Assembly: GCA_002104905.1 (NCBI GenBank)
Contig: MCFE01000010.1
Coordinates: 186,001 to 250,000 of the forward strand
Direction: 5' to 3'
Source of the DNA: Basidiobolus meristosporus CBS 931.73
Lineage: Eukaryota > Fungi > Basidiobolomycota
DNA: 64,000 nucleotides
The notes beneath the pieces are model-generated. The model worked only from the letters and a program-made list of their open reading frames with translations, ran no database searches and had not been told where the DNA came from. The translations under genes were made by a program, and so were the position numbers. This document shows, piece after piece, positions 37,623-50,696 of the stretch; positions within the stretch are counted from its first letter, which is position 1, and every line of letters starts with the position of its first letter.

Positions 37623-38944
37623 ATGTCTGAGGTTTTTATTAAAAATTTTAAGCTCAACAATGAGCTCAATACTACAAAGCTCCCCTCCTTTCAGTTGGAA
37701 AAGTCCGCGTTTCAATTTTCGCTCCCTTTGCGCCCAAATGTTTGCGTGACATGTTTGACATGTTTGACCTGTGCCGGAAGATATGGTACTAATGATTGCC
37801 AGTGTACTGCAACAGAAATTCAGTGGAACAAGAAAAAGTTGGGCTACAAGGTCGAGTTTCGTCGTAGAAGTATCATTCCCAACAACCGAGTCTTCATGAG
37901 CTGGTTGAAAGCCAATCTCTCTCAGAGATTAATTTGGGACGAGTCTTGCAAAGAGGTTAAACTCTGTATGTCTTGCAATTCAATCTGTCGTAGATGGGCG
38001 AAAGGTATCTACAATATTAATATTCTTTGCCAGCTCTTCCATTACTTACACCAGATTGTTCCTGTAGTGTTTAACGAAGACATTTCTGGGAATAAGCTCT
38101 CTCCCGGAAGCGGTAGATTTCGCTCTTCCAATATCACCACCAGTAAGCGCAGCCCAGTATCGAAAATGACTGCCAGTAAACGCGTTCAAGGTATGAAATT
38201 GTTGAATAGCTAAAAGAAAATCGCAGCGAGTTAAATATGTTTGTCAACTAGACTGCATCGTATCCTCAGATAGCTTCTTAGTATCACAGCTAAAAAGCCC
38301 CATCTCAAGTCTTTCAACCCAAAATAATGTAACGCTCTGCCAGGATTATGTCAAAAGTGAAACGAATACAATTTTACCGCCTCTTCCATCACAAACAACG
38401 ACGCCGCACAATACGAAAATAAGAAAGAACATCACAGCAAGAAACACACCTCCGAGCCTTGAAGATGACGATAGAAGGTGTCAATTCTCTTCGCCCTCGC
38501 CGTCACCGCGACTGCAAACGCCTTCCAATGGGGATATTGCACCGTTAGTCACTTATGATCTGGCCCAGTTAATTGCATCAGCTTCGCCAAAAGGTAAAAT
38601 ACCTTGATGAATTGTGTTTTCTTGCGCGTTGAACCATTATTGATTCGCACTGCTACGTAGAAATTATTCCATTGAGAACGGTTACTCTCCGCGTAGGCAA
38701 GAAGATAGTCAAAGACCGAATAATGATAGATTCCAAGATAACGTTCAACAACCTAATACAATCCGCCGTGCTGTCTAGTCCCCCAGCAGGAAAGCGATAT
38801 GTGATCAAGAGCATGGATAAACAATACGAATATCTGCCTGACGACTTCGTCTCACAAACATTTCGTGGCATTGAGCATGTGGAACTCTACCTTGATCATG
38901 AATCGGTTCCATCGATCAATTTGGGGGACTTTGATGTATGCTAA
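37623..38944 (+). CDS. Uncharacterised protein: Cys-rich N-terminal module, Ser/Pro/Thr-rich linker, beta-grasp-like C-terminal domain; 4 predicted exons
   Basis: Exons 37623-38004, ~38068-38190, ~38252-38594 and ~38662-38944 join through GT-AG introns into one open frame; CVTCLTCLTC-x6-CQC...CMSC motif. Confidence 0.7.
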
Positions 38945-39699
38945 GAGAAATGCATCAAGTTGGCATTGTAAATAGTCCTTGTAATTTGTTGTTCTTGTGA
39001 ACCTACATAGCATTCATTCAATTTTCCAAAAGCATTTTGCTATTGATGTATATATATATATATTGTGAAGTTGCAAATTTTGTATATGGAGTGCAATAAT
39101 TTGATCCGAGAGAATAAATCTAGCGATCGGATGCAAACCACTTGAGCGATTAATCGAAATCACTGTGTCGAGTAGTAGGCATGGATCTTTTACAAATAAT
39201 GTGGTAATTCTGATCAATCTCAACTAATTATGGTTTTTATAACCTTAGTGTTAGAGATCTGATTTCAGAATATTATTTCGTGATCCGGAATAAACTAAAT
39301 TCGACTTAAAGCTCTTGGTGTTCATTCAGGAATAGCTTTCATTGACAAGCTCAGGTTAGCGGAATTAGTAAATGCTAATTACACATTTATACACCTGATG
39401 TGAACCGTAAGTGCTAAGGTTCTTCAACTTCACAATGGAAGTGGAGTATAGCAGTAATAAAATGTATTTGTGACGTAAAGTTGGTCAATATTTTGGTGAA
39501 GGTTACTATTTGTGCATTAGTGGGCTTCGAATACTTGAAATTCACAGCCAAGGCTTAATTGAGATCCCGGATCAATGTTGTATCTACAAAAACTCCAGCT
39601 TGACCTACTTCACAATTTCTCCAAAATATTCACTATAAACATTAATATATTTAACGGGCAGATCCAGATAAAATCTAAAAATCCAAACCGACTTTAACT

Positions 39700-39945
39700 T
39701 CTCATAATTGCAGGGTACATTAATTCACAAATATTAAATGCAGCTGTAATTCTTTACCAATATTTCTATATATGTTAAAGTATCTTGATAGTTTGGAAGC
39801 CGTACTACACATAAAACAACCCTCTTGGTAGTACTCATAACAAATATGGTAACAGTAAGCTCACTGACTCCAGCAATATTTACAAAGTGCCAGCATAGCA
39901 CCAGCAGAATACCATATGAAATCCAAAGTGGATATTTTTCATAGA
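39700..39945 (-). repeat. Degenerate copy of repeat family A
   Basis: CAAATATGGTAAC...CCAGCAGAATACC...ATCCAAAGTGGATATTTTTCATAG resembles the right part of 19877-20195. Confidence 0.4.
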
Positions 39946-40445
39946 GTACATGTGCGTGCCACCCTACCGTATGCTTGTTGCTCGAATAGGCAGAACCTGA
40001 AAGACATGGTTGGCGAAGGGGCCAACCTCCCCTACATGTCGGCTATGGGGGTGCGCTCCAAGGTTGACAGGAGAAACTCATAAATGATCAGCTAGAGATA
40101 TTTGACAGCCAGTTCAATTCATAAACTTGATGTTGGTCTACATCTATAGTATGGTGAAATCATATTATTCTGACCAATTAGAGGCCGGTTTAATGCACCC
40201 AAGGATAATCGAGTCGAAGGTGCTTTCTTAATTCCTTTATTGTATACGACTTCAAAGTGACTAAATGCCAATATTTTCCTCAGAATTCCTTGAAGGTCTA
40301 CGAACTGTTGAAACAAAAGAGTTCCGACCAATCAGCCCTCGATCTGTAGCTGCAAGCTTAAATACTAAATGCATTTCAATTTATTCAGTAGCTAATCCTT
40401 TCTTTATTTCTTACTTGACTTCTATACATCATAATTCCTCTCACC

Positions 40446-43400
40446 ATGGCTGAAGAGGTTGATGATTTTGGAGATCTGACCATTGACGATGACTTTCTGG
40501 CTGCTCTAGACAAGATAGAACAGCAAGCAACCTTTACAGCTCCCAAGAGCCGAACCATTCCAACATCAAGTAAAATGGTGCAGTCACAGATAGCTTTCGC
40601 CAATATATCCCCACAGAGTACAAAGAATCAGAATATTTCAATAGTGCGCGACTCCGGCGTAAAGAAGAATATAAAATTACATGTAAAGTTATTCTTTATC
40701 AGAATGGCACATCAGTTGGTAACTAAAAGTTTAACGACTTTATCTCGCAATTCACCTAAGCTACACGATGATGGGAGATTGAAGTCGATGAAGCCTACAC
40801 AAAATGCCGGTGTCTGCAAAAATCCTAAGGTTCAAAAGACTCTTTGGGATATGTTTGACGTTGATAGAGAAAGCTCTAGTATGTCTTCAAAGCGCATTAA
40901 AAAGTCATCTGTGAGTTTTCCCGCAGTAATGCAGAGTTCCAATGTTTCTAACACTTCGCTCGCATAGAGGATGTTTAATCTAAAGCATACACCTGATTCA
41001 TCCTTGGAAGCTTCTCTCTACGACCCCAATACAATCGATACTTGGATATATCCCACTAATTATCCTATCCGTGACTATCAGTTTAACATTGTATCTAAAG
41101 CATTATTCCAAAATACTTTGGCAGCATTACCAACTGGACTCGGAAAAACATTTATTGCTGCTGTTGTTATGTATAATCACTATCGTTGGTTCCCGAACTC
41201 AAAAGTTGTCTTTATGGCTCCCACTAGGCCTTTGGTGGCTCAACAGATTGAGGCATGTCACAAGATATGTGGTATCCCACAAACAGATACCATGGAGCTT
41301 ACTGGTGCTCAACCACCCGAGAAAAGGAAGATCTATTGGCTTGCAAAAAGAGTATTTTTTTTAACACCACAAGTATTACAGAATGATTTGATACGTGGAA
41401 CATGTCCAGCGGAGAGTATTATATGCTTAATTGTGGATGAAGCGCACAGATCTCGCGGCGATCATGCAAATTGCGTAGTAGTAAGAGAGCTTCATTCTAG
41501 AAATCCACTTTTTCGAATCCTAGCACTTTCAGCTACACCTGGAACGGATCCATCTTCCGTTCAAGATATTGTTAACAGTCTGATGATATCTCATATCGAA
41601 ATTCGAACCGAAGAATCCCTAGATATACAAAAATATACTCATGGCAGAAAGATCGATATTATTGTGGTTCCTTTTTCCAATGCGATCAATGAGATCTCTC
41701 AGCAATTTTGTGCTTGTATGGAGCCTTATATTTCCCGACTGCGCCGAATGCAAGCAATATGGGAAAGAAATCCGCAAAAAATATCCAAATATATGCTAAT
41801 ATTAGCGCGGAATAAATTCCGAAGTAGCTATTCGGTTATCTCTCAAGATCAAAGAGCTACCGTTGAAGGAGACTTTGGAATCTGTCTTATACTGACGCAT
41901 GCACATAGTCTCTTACGTCAACACGGGATACGTTCGTTTTATAATGCACTTGTTGACATGATCCAAGAAGCAAAGGATGGAAAGAAAATATCTCGAGCTC
42001 GTCAAGATTTACTTAAAAACGAGACATTCATTGACTTACTGAACCGCGTTGAAAGCATGCTAAACGAGGCTGCATTTAGTGGCCATCCCAAACTAGAGAA
42101 ACTTGTCTCTTACGTTGTGAATTATTTAAACACCCTGAAAAGCCAAGACAAAAACCAAACGCGGATAATGATATTCACAGAATATCGAGAATCGGTTGCA
42201 GAGATCGTGAAGGTATTAAATACATGTTTCCCCTTGGTCAGGCCTATGTCATTTGTAGGACAAGGGTCAAAGAAGACTAAACGAGGCTTCACCCAAAAAG
42301 AGCAAATGGCAGTTCTGGAGAGATTTAAGCAAGGTGGATATAATGTGATTGTCTCGACATCTATCGGTGAAGAGGGTTTAGATATTGGTGAGGTTGATCT
42401 CATAATATGCTACGATTCACATAATTCGCCAATTCGACTTCTGCAAAGAATGGGACGGACTGGCCGAAAACGCCAGGGCAAAGTATGCATGCTTTTGTCG
42501 GAAGGGAAAGAAGAGCAGATGTACAGACAATCCCAAAATTCATACAAATCAATCCAGCGTGCCATTGCTAGCGGCTCTAGAATATCTCTATATGATGGCA
42601 GCCCGAAGTTGCTGCCAGAAGGTGTAAATCCAGTATGTATCAAGAAGACCTTGGCTATTTCCCTGTACAAAAAAGATAAGGAGGTCAATGGCATACAATC
42701 ATCAAACCCTGATCAGAACTCAAGTATGAATACGAATGAAGATGATGATATTCAAAAGCAATATACTCAATTTCTTAACCGGTTTAATAAGACTGAAACT
42801 TCCAGTATTTCGCTTACCAAATTTCATAAGCAACAAACCGTACCAACTAAAACGGGGATAGTATCGCACTCACAGCGGACAATTGATTTCGTGGACCTTA
42901 TGAGTGCCATGGAGACGCTGGGATTCATTGGTAACGAGGAAGATCATTATGGCTTTCAGCTACAAGATTATTTAAACTTGAATAGCACCATTCCCTTGAG
43001 AAGGAAGCATCAATTTGAGCCGCTACTGCATCTGAAAACATTTCAATATACAAAAACGAATGAGCCATCAGCTCATGCAAATACATGCAAGCCTATGCGA
43101 CATAAGGTTGAAGAAATGGTTCCAGAACTAGAAGATGATGCAGATGACTTTATGATTATGCAAGGCTTTGAAGGGATCTTCGACGAGAGAGATTCTAAGA
43201 AATTATTTATGCAATCACTCTCCCCGACAAACTGTAAAGACTCCAAAGATTCCTTTAACACGTTGAAATCCAAAAAGGTTGGCTCTACCGAAGACCATCC
43301 TATTATGATAGATATGGAATTTATGCAGAATAGCACACCAGGTCAGAAAGACCTTAAAGCAAACATATCAAATTCATCGCCTAGTTCGGCAACCAATACT

Positions 43401-43904
43401 GTCACTATAGATGACTCTTTAGAACAAGAATTAGTAGCACTTGTTGATTCCCGCGAATTTATGCAAAATTATGCCCGACAACCAACCAACCCTTCCAAAA
43501 AGCAAGAACCCCACGAAAATACAAATTCATTAATTGGAGTATCCTCACAACAGCCAAACTATCATTTGAAAGTGAAGGACAACAGTCCTCAAGTGGAGAT
43601 CTCAGGTGCATCTAAAGAAACGATTAAGAGAATGAGCAGTTCTTTATCCGAGTTCGCAAATTTGAAGAAGGAAACCGCGCCAGCCATTCCGACCTTTCCT
43701 AGTGACGTGAGATTTGGGAATTGGCGAGAAATTGCCAAGATTCTATCCTCTAACCGGTCAGTAGAGGATATAAAGCACATCGATAGCAATGTAAAGCCGA
43801 TGAGTTATTTGAACTCGCATACCGTGAATACTATACCGGTTCCGATGAAGACATCAGGAAACAGCAAGTTAGATCAGTATAGATTTAAGAGACGCAGATA
43901 CTAG
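40446..43904 (+). CDS. MPH1: Mph1/FANCM-family DEAH DNA helicase, 3 exons
   Basis: YPIRDYQFNIV, LPTGLGKT, IVDEAH, LALSATPG, STSIGEEGLDIGEVDLIICYD, QRMGRTGRKR; two 5' GT-AG introns link the acidic N-terminal exon. Confidence 0.95.
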
Positions 43905-44164
43905 AATGTATCAATGGAAAATGTTGACTCAATATGGCGGAGAGATTTCGTGCTAAATAATCCACAACATAAATGGGTTTTTTGCATGCAAAACATGACT
44001 CGATTTTAAATGCCACTGTATCTTAGAATTCTTGCTTACCATAAAAATGTAAAGATTCATCTTGCAGGTCAAAGAATTATATTAAAATTGCAGTAGCAAA
44101 AATAAAGTTGAAGATGGTTTGGCTCACAAGCCAATGAGGTTTGGGGATAATTCAATACATCGAT

Positions 44165-45314
44165 TTAGGGCCAATTAAGCGGCTTCATATCGTAGGACTC
44201 ACCATCTTTTTCCCCATCCTGATAAGAGAATGGTGGTGGTGGTAAAGAAATGGCAGTATTATAATGGTGATTGGATAATTGGAATTCGACATCATCCTCC
44301 TTTTCGGATGGTTCGTAAAACTTTCCCGAATTTGTGATCCCAATGGTTTCCTGTTTTAATTGAGCTGATTGCTGTAAAGCAATCTCAACCTGGCCAACAA
44401 TGTCTTCAAATAACTCCACTTCTTGCTCAGGCAGGCTCCAGGTTTCGTCTCCCGAGTAGATCAGCACAAATCCTGAGTCTTTCCCGCCGATATTGAAACG
44501 CACTCCCATAGCTGACTTGTAGGGGAGGTTGACTCCTTCACCAACCATATCACTGAGGTCCCGCTTATTCAAGCAACAAGCATACGACAGTGTGGCCATC
44601 CGAGATACTACCTTATTATTTGCTGAGATTCTTACCCTCTGCCAGAACAGTGTTTTGTCTGGACGCTGCAGCGAGTGATCCCCAACATGCCTGTAGTCCT
44701 CGTGTGTGCATACATAAGTGTCCCCTTTATTCATGTAGATGGCGCACCCAATCCCCAGTGTCACAGAGAGCTCGAACGCAGAAGTTTGGCAGACGGAGTT
44801 GGTATCAAGAGTTCGGCGGATATGCTGAGTGACCTTTCGAAACTTGAGGAGCAGATCGTTTGCCATACGAAGTGACTGCTCGTGGCGCATATGCGACCCC
44901 AACTCTTCCTCAAGCCAGGCAGCTCGTGCAGGCAGTGAAAATGCCTTTGGGAATACTCTGATCAAGAGGGTTGCTGTGAGTGTGGATATGACTGCCGTTA
45001 TGACCTTGATAACACACAGGGCTACATCGGTGTTCGAGAATGGGTTCCACACGGTGACAAGATGGGTGGCTCCGCATGCGGTGATGAAGGCTTCAAAGAG
45101 AAGTAAAACACTTTTGTAAAGCATGGGTAGAGGCAGGGTGAGCGTTCGCTGGAAAAAGAAGATTTCGATCGGGATGGCCATGTATGAGAGAGAAATAAAC
45201 ACATCCGCCACCATAGTCACCCAAGATAGAGGGTCATTTTCTATTACTTTTGGAACCAAATGAATTAGTGGGTGTTCGAGCAAGAAGCTTGGAGATCATA
45301 CACATACTCTGCAT
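44165..45314 (-). CDS. ETR1-like ethylene-binding-domain + GAF membrane protein lacking histidine kinase and receiver domains; 2 exons (45314-45308, 45246-44165), ~362 aa
   Basis: Three TM helices with ADVFISLSYMAIP, FITACGATHL and IKVITAVIS matching ETR1 D25/Y32/I35/P36/I62/C65/H69/K91; GAF start TQHIRRTLD; stop follows GAF end QVEIALQQSA; 61-nt GTATGT...CTAAT...AAG intron supplies the ATG. Confidence 0.88.
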
Positions 45315-47066
45315 TTGAAGGATATAGTAATTTCCAGATAACGAATTGATGGAGAACCGCAGAGTCAACGGGACTTTATAGAGATTTCTGTGCTGAAGGA
45401 GAGACACTGAAGTAGGCTTTCATCCCAGTGAATAGATGAAATACATTTTATGGAGAGAAAACTTGCTCTCAAGCTCGTTGGGTTGAAACAACCCTCCTGA
45501 TACATCTTTTGGAAATACTACTGGCGTCAAATATATCAAGGATCACCTTGATGCTTGAGGTTTGGGAGTTGTATTACACAAGAGATTTTCATAACGAGGT
45601 GCATTGAATATAAAGGAAACACAACATGTATGTGCTATCAATTAGGAGACCAATTCGCTCAAAAATAGGAGTATCTGTAGGTCCAGATTAGACTTGATTG
45701 TGGAGAAACGGGAATTCCATTTCTTTTCGCTAGCTTTTTTTGTTTAGTCTCAGACAACCCTGAGATGAAAGTGGGAATTCACGTAAAAGGCGAAATGACT
45801 TCGATAGGAAATATACAATTTGGTAGCTAATCTCCAAAGGCATTCTGAGCCTTATTAGATGGGGGTTTAATCATATGATGACGACTTGACTGCTCATTGT
45901 ATTCCTAGTTGCTAGGCAGGTCATATCGATTCCATAATGGCCAGCCTGCTTGACTTTCAATTGCCGACTGTTTGGAGATAGATTGACTGGGAATGCTGAA
46001 CCTGACGTTTAATGATATTGCTTTTTAGAGGTGACCAGGTCTCTGTACGGAATGGTGAACGACTTTGTCCATTACCATATATGATATACGAGTAGGCTTA
46101 GGTAAACATTTTAATCCAGGCTCACCCAGAATAGCTCAGTAGCTGCTACAGATCGATCTACAGTTTTTGTTGCCCAGTATAAACTTGCTTTTTGGTAGAC
46201 AGGAGAATGGTGACTCAACATCAATATGGCATCTCTCAAGATTATCATTGGTTTATCTTTCTACACTACGAAAATTATTAAGATACTGCTCACTTCTAGA
46301 CCCCGAACGAAACGTCGCAGAAGCTCACGATACAATATTGATGGGAAAGTGTTAGCCCCAAGGTAGTAGTGTGATCTATCAAGTAAAAACCATGTCCACC
46401 TATTGAAACTGGGATTTCCAACGGAGTTCGTTTCTGGCGAGAATGTGGTGGAAAAACTCAACCATATAAAGGTACCTTTAAGACTCTAATATATGGCTAC
46501 TAAAACGGGCTTGTGAAATTCAATACTGCTTCGCTTTAAAGTGTGTGTAGTAGTTGCTGTAACTTGCATACAGATACGTAAGAATTTCCGTTGTGAACGC
46601 GATAGTAGGAGTCTAAAGTCACCTTTGAGGCTGGCTAACCTGGTGATGAGATAAAGACTCCACAGTTGTTGAATACGCTTTACTAATTTTATACTTCAAG
46701 CAGCCCAGATCTCATAAGATCCTCTCATACATGTCTCCTTTGATAAGTTTAATTGAAGGATAGTCCTGTTGTCGGACACAGTCAAAAGAATGTTTGTTAG
46801 TGACTTCGATGGTATGGCCAAAGATCCATCATCCCTAAACAGATCACTTTAGACAGGATTACCAAGTAGATTGTATAACTTATGCACAATAATCATTTAA
46901 TTGGCATTGCTAAGTGATCGTGCATTGAGTCAATCTTAAATTAGAGTATTTGGTGGAAATTTTTTCCTCTCGGCGTCAAGGTCCATTCGGAAGTCAAATT
47001 TAGTAAAATTTGTCTATTGTAACTTGACTTCCCTAGTGACTTACATTGGTGATTTTCAATAGCGAT

Positions 47067-48558
47067 ATGTTGAGACTTGCTTTAGCAAAGAGAATCAACT
47101 TCAGACATGTGTCAAGATACTCGACTACGGTGACAACACCTAGTTTGACCACTACCCCCGAAGAAACCATCATTCCCCCGCACGAACCAGTTTTGCCTCA
47201 AGACGAGGATTTGGAAGATAAAGTGGCTGTAGAAGACAGCAACGAGCCGGAGGAAGAAAAGGAGGCGGTGGAAGAATTATCTCGTAGAATTAGAAGTCCT
47301 TTACATAAATTGAGAGACAAAGTAGGCTTTTGCATATTGTAACAAAGTATCGGTAACCTTGCTAACCCCCCGGCTTTGCTTATTCTAGGGAAGCAACTTC
47401 TCAGACTTCAAGAGGATTTTAGTGATTGGTGGCGCTGGTGGCGATGGGTGCGTCTCTTTCCTGAGAGAAAAATACAGGCCCAAGGGACCACCTAATGGAG
47501 GCAACGGCGGCCGAGGTGGAAGCGTATTTTTCGAAGCAAGTAAGGATGAAACAAGTCTTGGCGCTTTGAAACTAAAATACATGGCCGAAAAGGGCGGGAA
47601 TGGAAAAGGTGCCCTGATGCATGGCCAATACGGAAAAGACCTTACTCTCAAGGTGCCAGTTGGTACGGTCGTGAGAGAAATCGACCCACCTTTAAGATAT
47701 GCAAGGCTATTCGAGCCTCAAGATGACCCGCTCGTTCACTATCCCGGTTGGCAGGAAAAGAATACTACCGACGCGAAATACAAAAGACACTTACCAAGAG
47801 ATAAGCCCGAAATCATTCAGATGGAGAAAATCACACTCGACCTGGACAAGAACAAGGAAGTTCAATTGATATGTAAGGGTGGTGAAGGGGGGGTGGGCAA
47901 CCCTCATTTTGTTACCTCAAACAACCGAAGTCCTAAATTCGCCAAGCGTGGCCAACAGGGTCAGGTCCGCTACCTTGAATTGGAGTTGAAGACCTTGGCC
48001 GATGCAGGATTAGTAGGCTTACCAAATGCAGGAAAATCAACCTTCCTGAGAGCGGTGTCCAACGCACATCCCAAGGTCGCCCCCTATCCATTTACTACGC
48101 TAAATCCATACATTGGTACAATTGACTTTTCGGATTTCTACCAGCTAACCGTAGCAGACATTCCCGGCCTTATCGCTGGAGCCCACAAAAACGTCGGCTT
48201 GGGTCATTCATTCCTGAGACATGTAGAGAGGAGCAAAGTGCTTGTGTATGTAATTGACCTGGCCAAGGAAAACCCATGGAGCGATTTCGAAACACTCAAG
48301 AAGGAGCTAGAGTTGTATAGAAGCGAACTGACACAAAGAACGAGTCTTATTATTGCGAACAAAGCAGATATCTCGGAGAGAGCCAAGAAGAATTACGCCG
48401 AATTTCAGCAACGTTACCCCAATTTAGAAATAGTCCCAATCTCGGCAAAGTACAAGAAGAACATCACAAAAGCGACCTCCTTGATCAGAAAATTGGTTGA
48501 GGAACAAAAGCAGATTGAAAAAGAATTGCGTCTAAAGGAAGAGCTTGAGATCATTTAA
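47067..48558 (+). CDS. MTG2: Mitochondrial Obg-family GTPase (Mtg2/GTPBP5), 2 exons
   Basis: Gly-rich Obg fold GGAGGDGCVSFLREKY...GGNGGRGG; G1 GLPNAGKST, YPFTTL, DIPGLI, ANKAD, SAK; basic N-terminal presequence. Confidence 0.94.
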
Positions 48559-50227
48559 TTACTTTCTTTATCTTTCGTAACCACAAGATACCATGCAAAT
48601 CTCCTCATTTACATGTATATTATGTTTACCCATCACATCTTATCCTCATATACTTACATATGTAGAGAATTCATGTACTTTTAGGCCTAATAAAGCGCTC
48701 ATTAGAAGTCAAATGATCCGGAGGCTGGAATGGCTTGAAGAGAAGTCACTATATAAGGGAAACAAATCGAACGGAGTAATGGACGTGAGAACAGCTGGGA
48801 GAATTCGTAAGCAAGCCACACGATATTCAGGAAGAATCAGATTCTATGGGAAACTCTGTGCCAATGGGTGCCAGGTAACCAGTCCGATAATGGCTGGGAC
48901 CACAATGTTCCCTCTAGGCGGAAGAAAATGAAATTCCCCGATTCAACTTTCCAAGACACATCGACTGCTGCACTCTGGTCACACCTGGGAAACAACGTGG
49001 CTTTGTCATATGAGACATTCAGGAATGAAGGTTCCATCTAGATCGATCCATCGCCAACCTGAGTAATCTGAACATGATCCACCAAAAGAATGTTCACCCA
49101 ACCGTTTAAACTAATTGCACCAACCATATTGGTAAACGATAGGCCTATAAGCGGCGACAGGAACCAAGAGATGCCAATAAATGGGGATCTGTCGGGAGCA
49201 TGATCTCACCTTTTGGTCTGAACCCTCATACGACTCACCAATTGTAGTAATAGATTAGTGGTCTTTATTTCTTATTTTCTCAATTCGGCGGTTGTCATCC
49301 GCAACTCGTGCGCAGCAAGCTGCAGAATCCCGCCAAAAATAGACTTGCTCCATAAGTATAGCTCCGTATGGAAATTGCTCGCTGCTTGATGATGCTGACT
49401 TTGCTACTTTGTTTAGCTCAGCAAACAACCTGATTCCTCAATCGTTCGAGCACTATAAAGCATGGCTGCACATACATTCTTCACTGTCTCAGGCGGCAAA
49501 TGTGATTCCAGATTGAACAACATATACTAAACCTGAGTCATAGCTCGGTTCACATGACAGCCCTGATCGAGCTCTGGATGGGATGGCATCACATAGCCGA
49601 CTCTTGCTCGATTCCAAGCGTTTCAACTGCATCCCCAAACCACCCAATCACCAGAGATCGAGTCAAGTTCACCTGGGAGTTCCTGGTTGCCCAAAATCCC
49701 GTCATCACCTAAATAGAGTACAGCATCTGATACTATTATCAAGCACTTGAGTAAAATAACTGGTCAAACCCACAGCTCCAGATGCACCAGGATTTATTGG
49801 ATTCAGCTGTTCGTAGATGGCTAGAAATGGTGATGGTTATATAATTTGTATTCATTGAGGTTACTACAAAAGGGTGCCAAAGAAGCCCCTCTTCTGACCA
49901 ATTATTGGCCATGGTCAGCCATTCTGTAGTGCCAACTGGGTAACCAGCTGGTCTACCGTGGTGAATTTGAGAATGGAGACACTGGCATTCGACAAGTAGG
50001 GTCTCATCCAGAATTCGTGCTATATGTGCTGATGTTTATTGATCGGTTTGAACGCGATGGTGCTCAAGAAATCTATCTTCTATTTATGTACAAGGCTTCA
50101 GCCAACGCTCTGAACACCGGCGAAGGGAATATCAATAGGGAAAAGTCAGCAAAACCATTAGATTAGAAAGAGGGGAATGTAGTCTATGTTTTTGGATATA
50201 CGGGCAAAGAAGTTGGACATAAAAAAT

Positions 50228-50696
50228 CTATCTGTGGACTGTATATATGGTAAAAAGGGTTGGGTGCTCGGCTATATGTAGATGTTCAACGCACCATGTG
50301 CAGCCATGGTTTGCTGGTTTTGCGGACAAATCCACGAGTATCCTTGCGAGGGCTGGATGCATGGCGTGCTTGATATAGAGGGCTGGCCAACAGTAGGATC
50401 GATTCGACTGTGGGATAGGATCTGCCAACCATCTCCTTGACGACAGTGAAATAGTGATAACGAATCTGGTTACGAACCTCCATGGGTAGTCCGACATTGC
50501 TAACTGTGAATCCTCTATTGCTGACCTCTATGGTAAGCTGGATACCATCTAATGTGCAGAAGGAGAAGATCGACCATGGGATAAATGGGTCCGTTGGATA
50601 GTTCATGCGGTGCACTTCCAAAGTATCCTCCAACATTTCTGAGCGTAGGTTACGAAGGAGATTGACGACATCTTCACGAGGCGCACTGACTTTCAT
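50228..50696 (-). CDS. GSKIP-like (DUF727) small protein; main ORF 50696-50286 with an apparent +1 frameshift near 50372
   Basis: FCTLDGIQLTIEVSNRGFTV and YPTVESILLLASPLY resemble GSKIP [20 protein letters not shown] and YHETVYSLLDTLSPAY (recalled from memory); TATATAA ~150 bp upstream of the ATG. Confidence 0.6.

Noticed and set aside
38005-38067. GTATCT donor as a second U12 intron
   Set aside because: Deviates from GTATCCTT and lacks a CCTTAAC-type branch; consistent with an ordinary U2 intron.
45870-46020. Possible C/D-box snoRNA (ATGATGA ... CTGA)
   Set aside because: No convincing terminal stem or recognisable rRNA-complementary guide; such boxes arise by chance.
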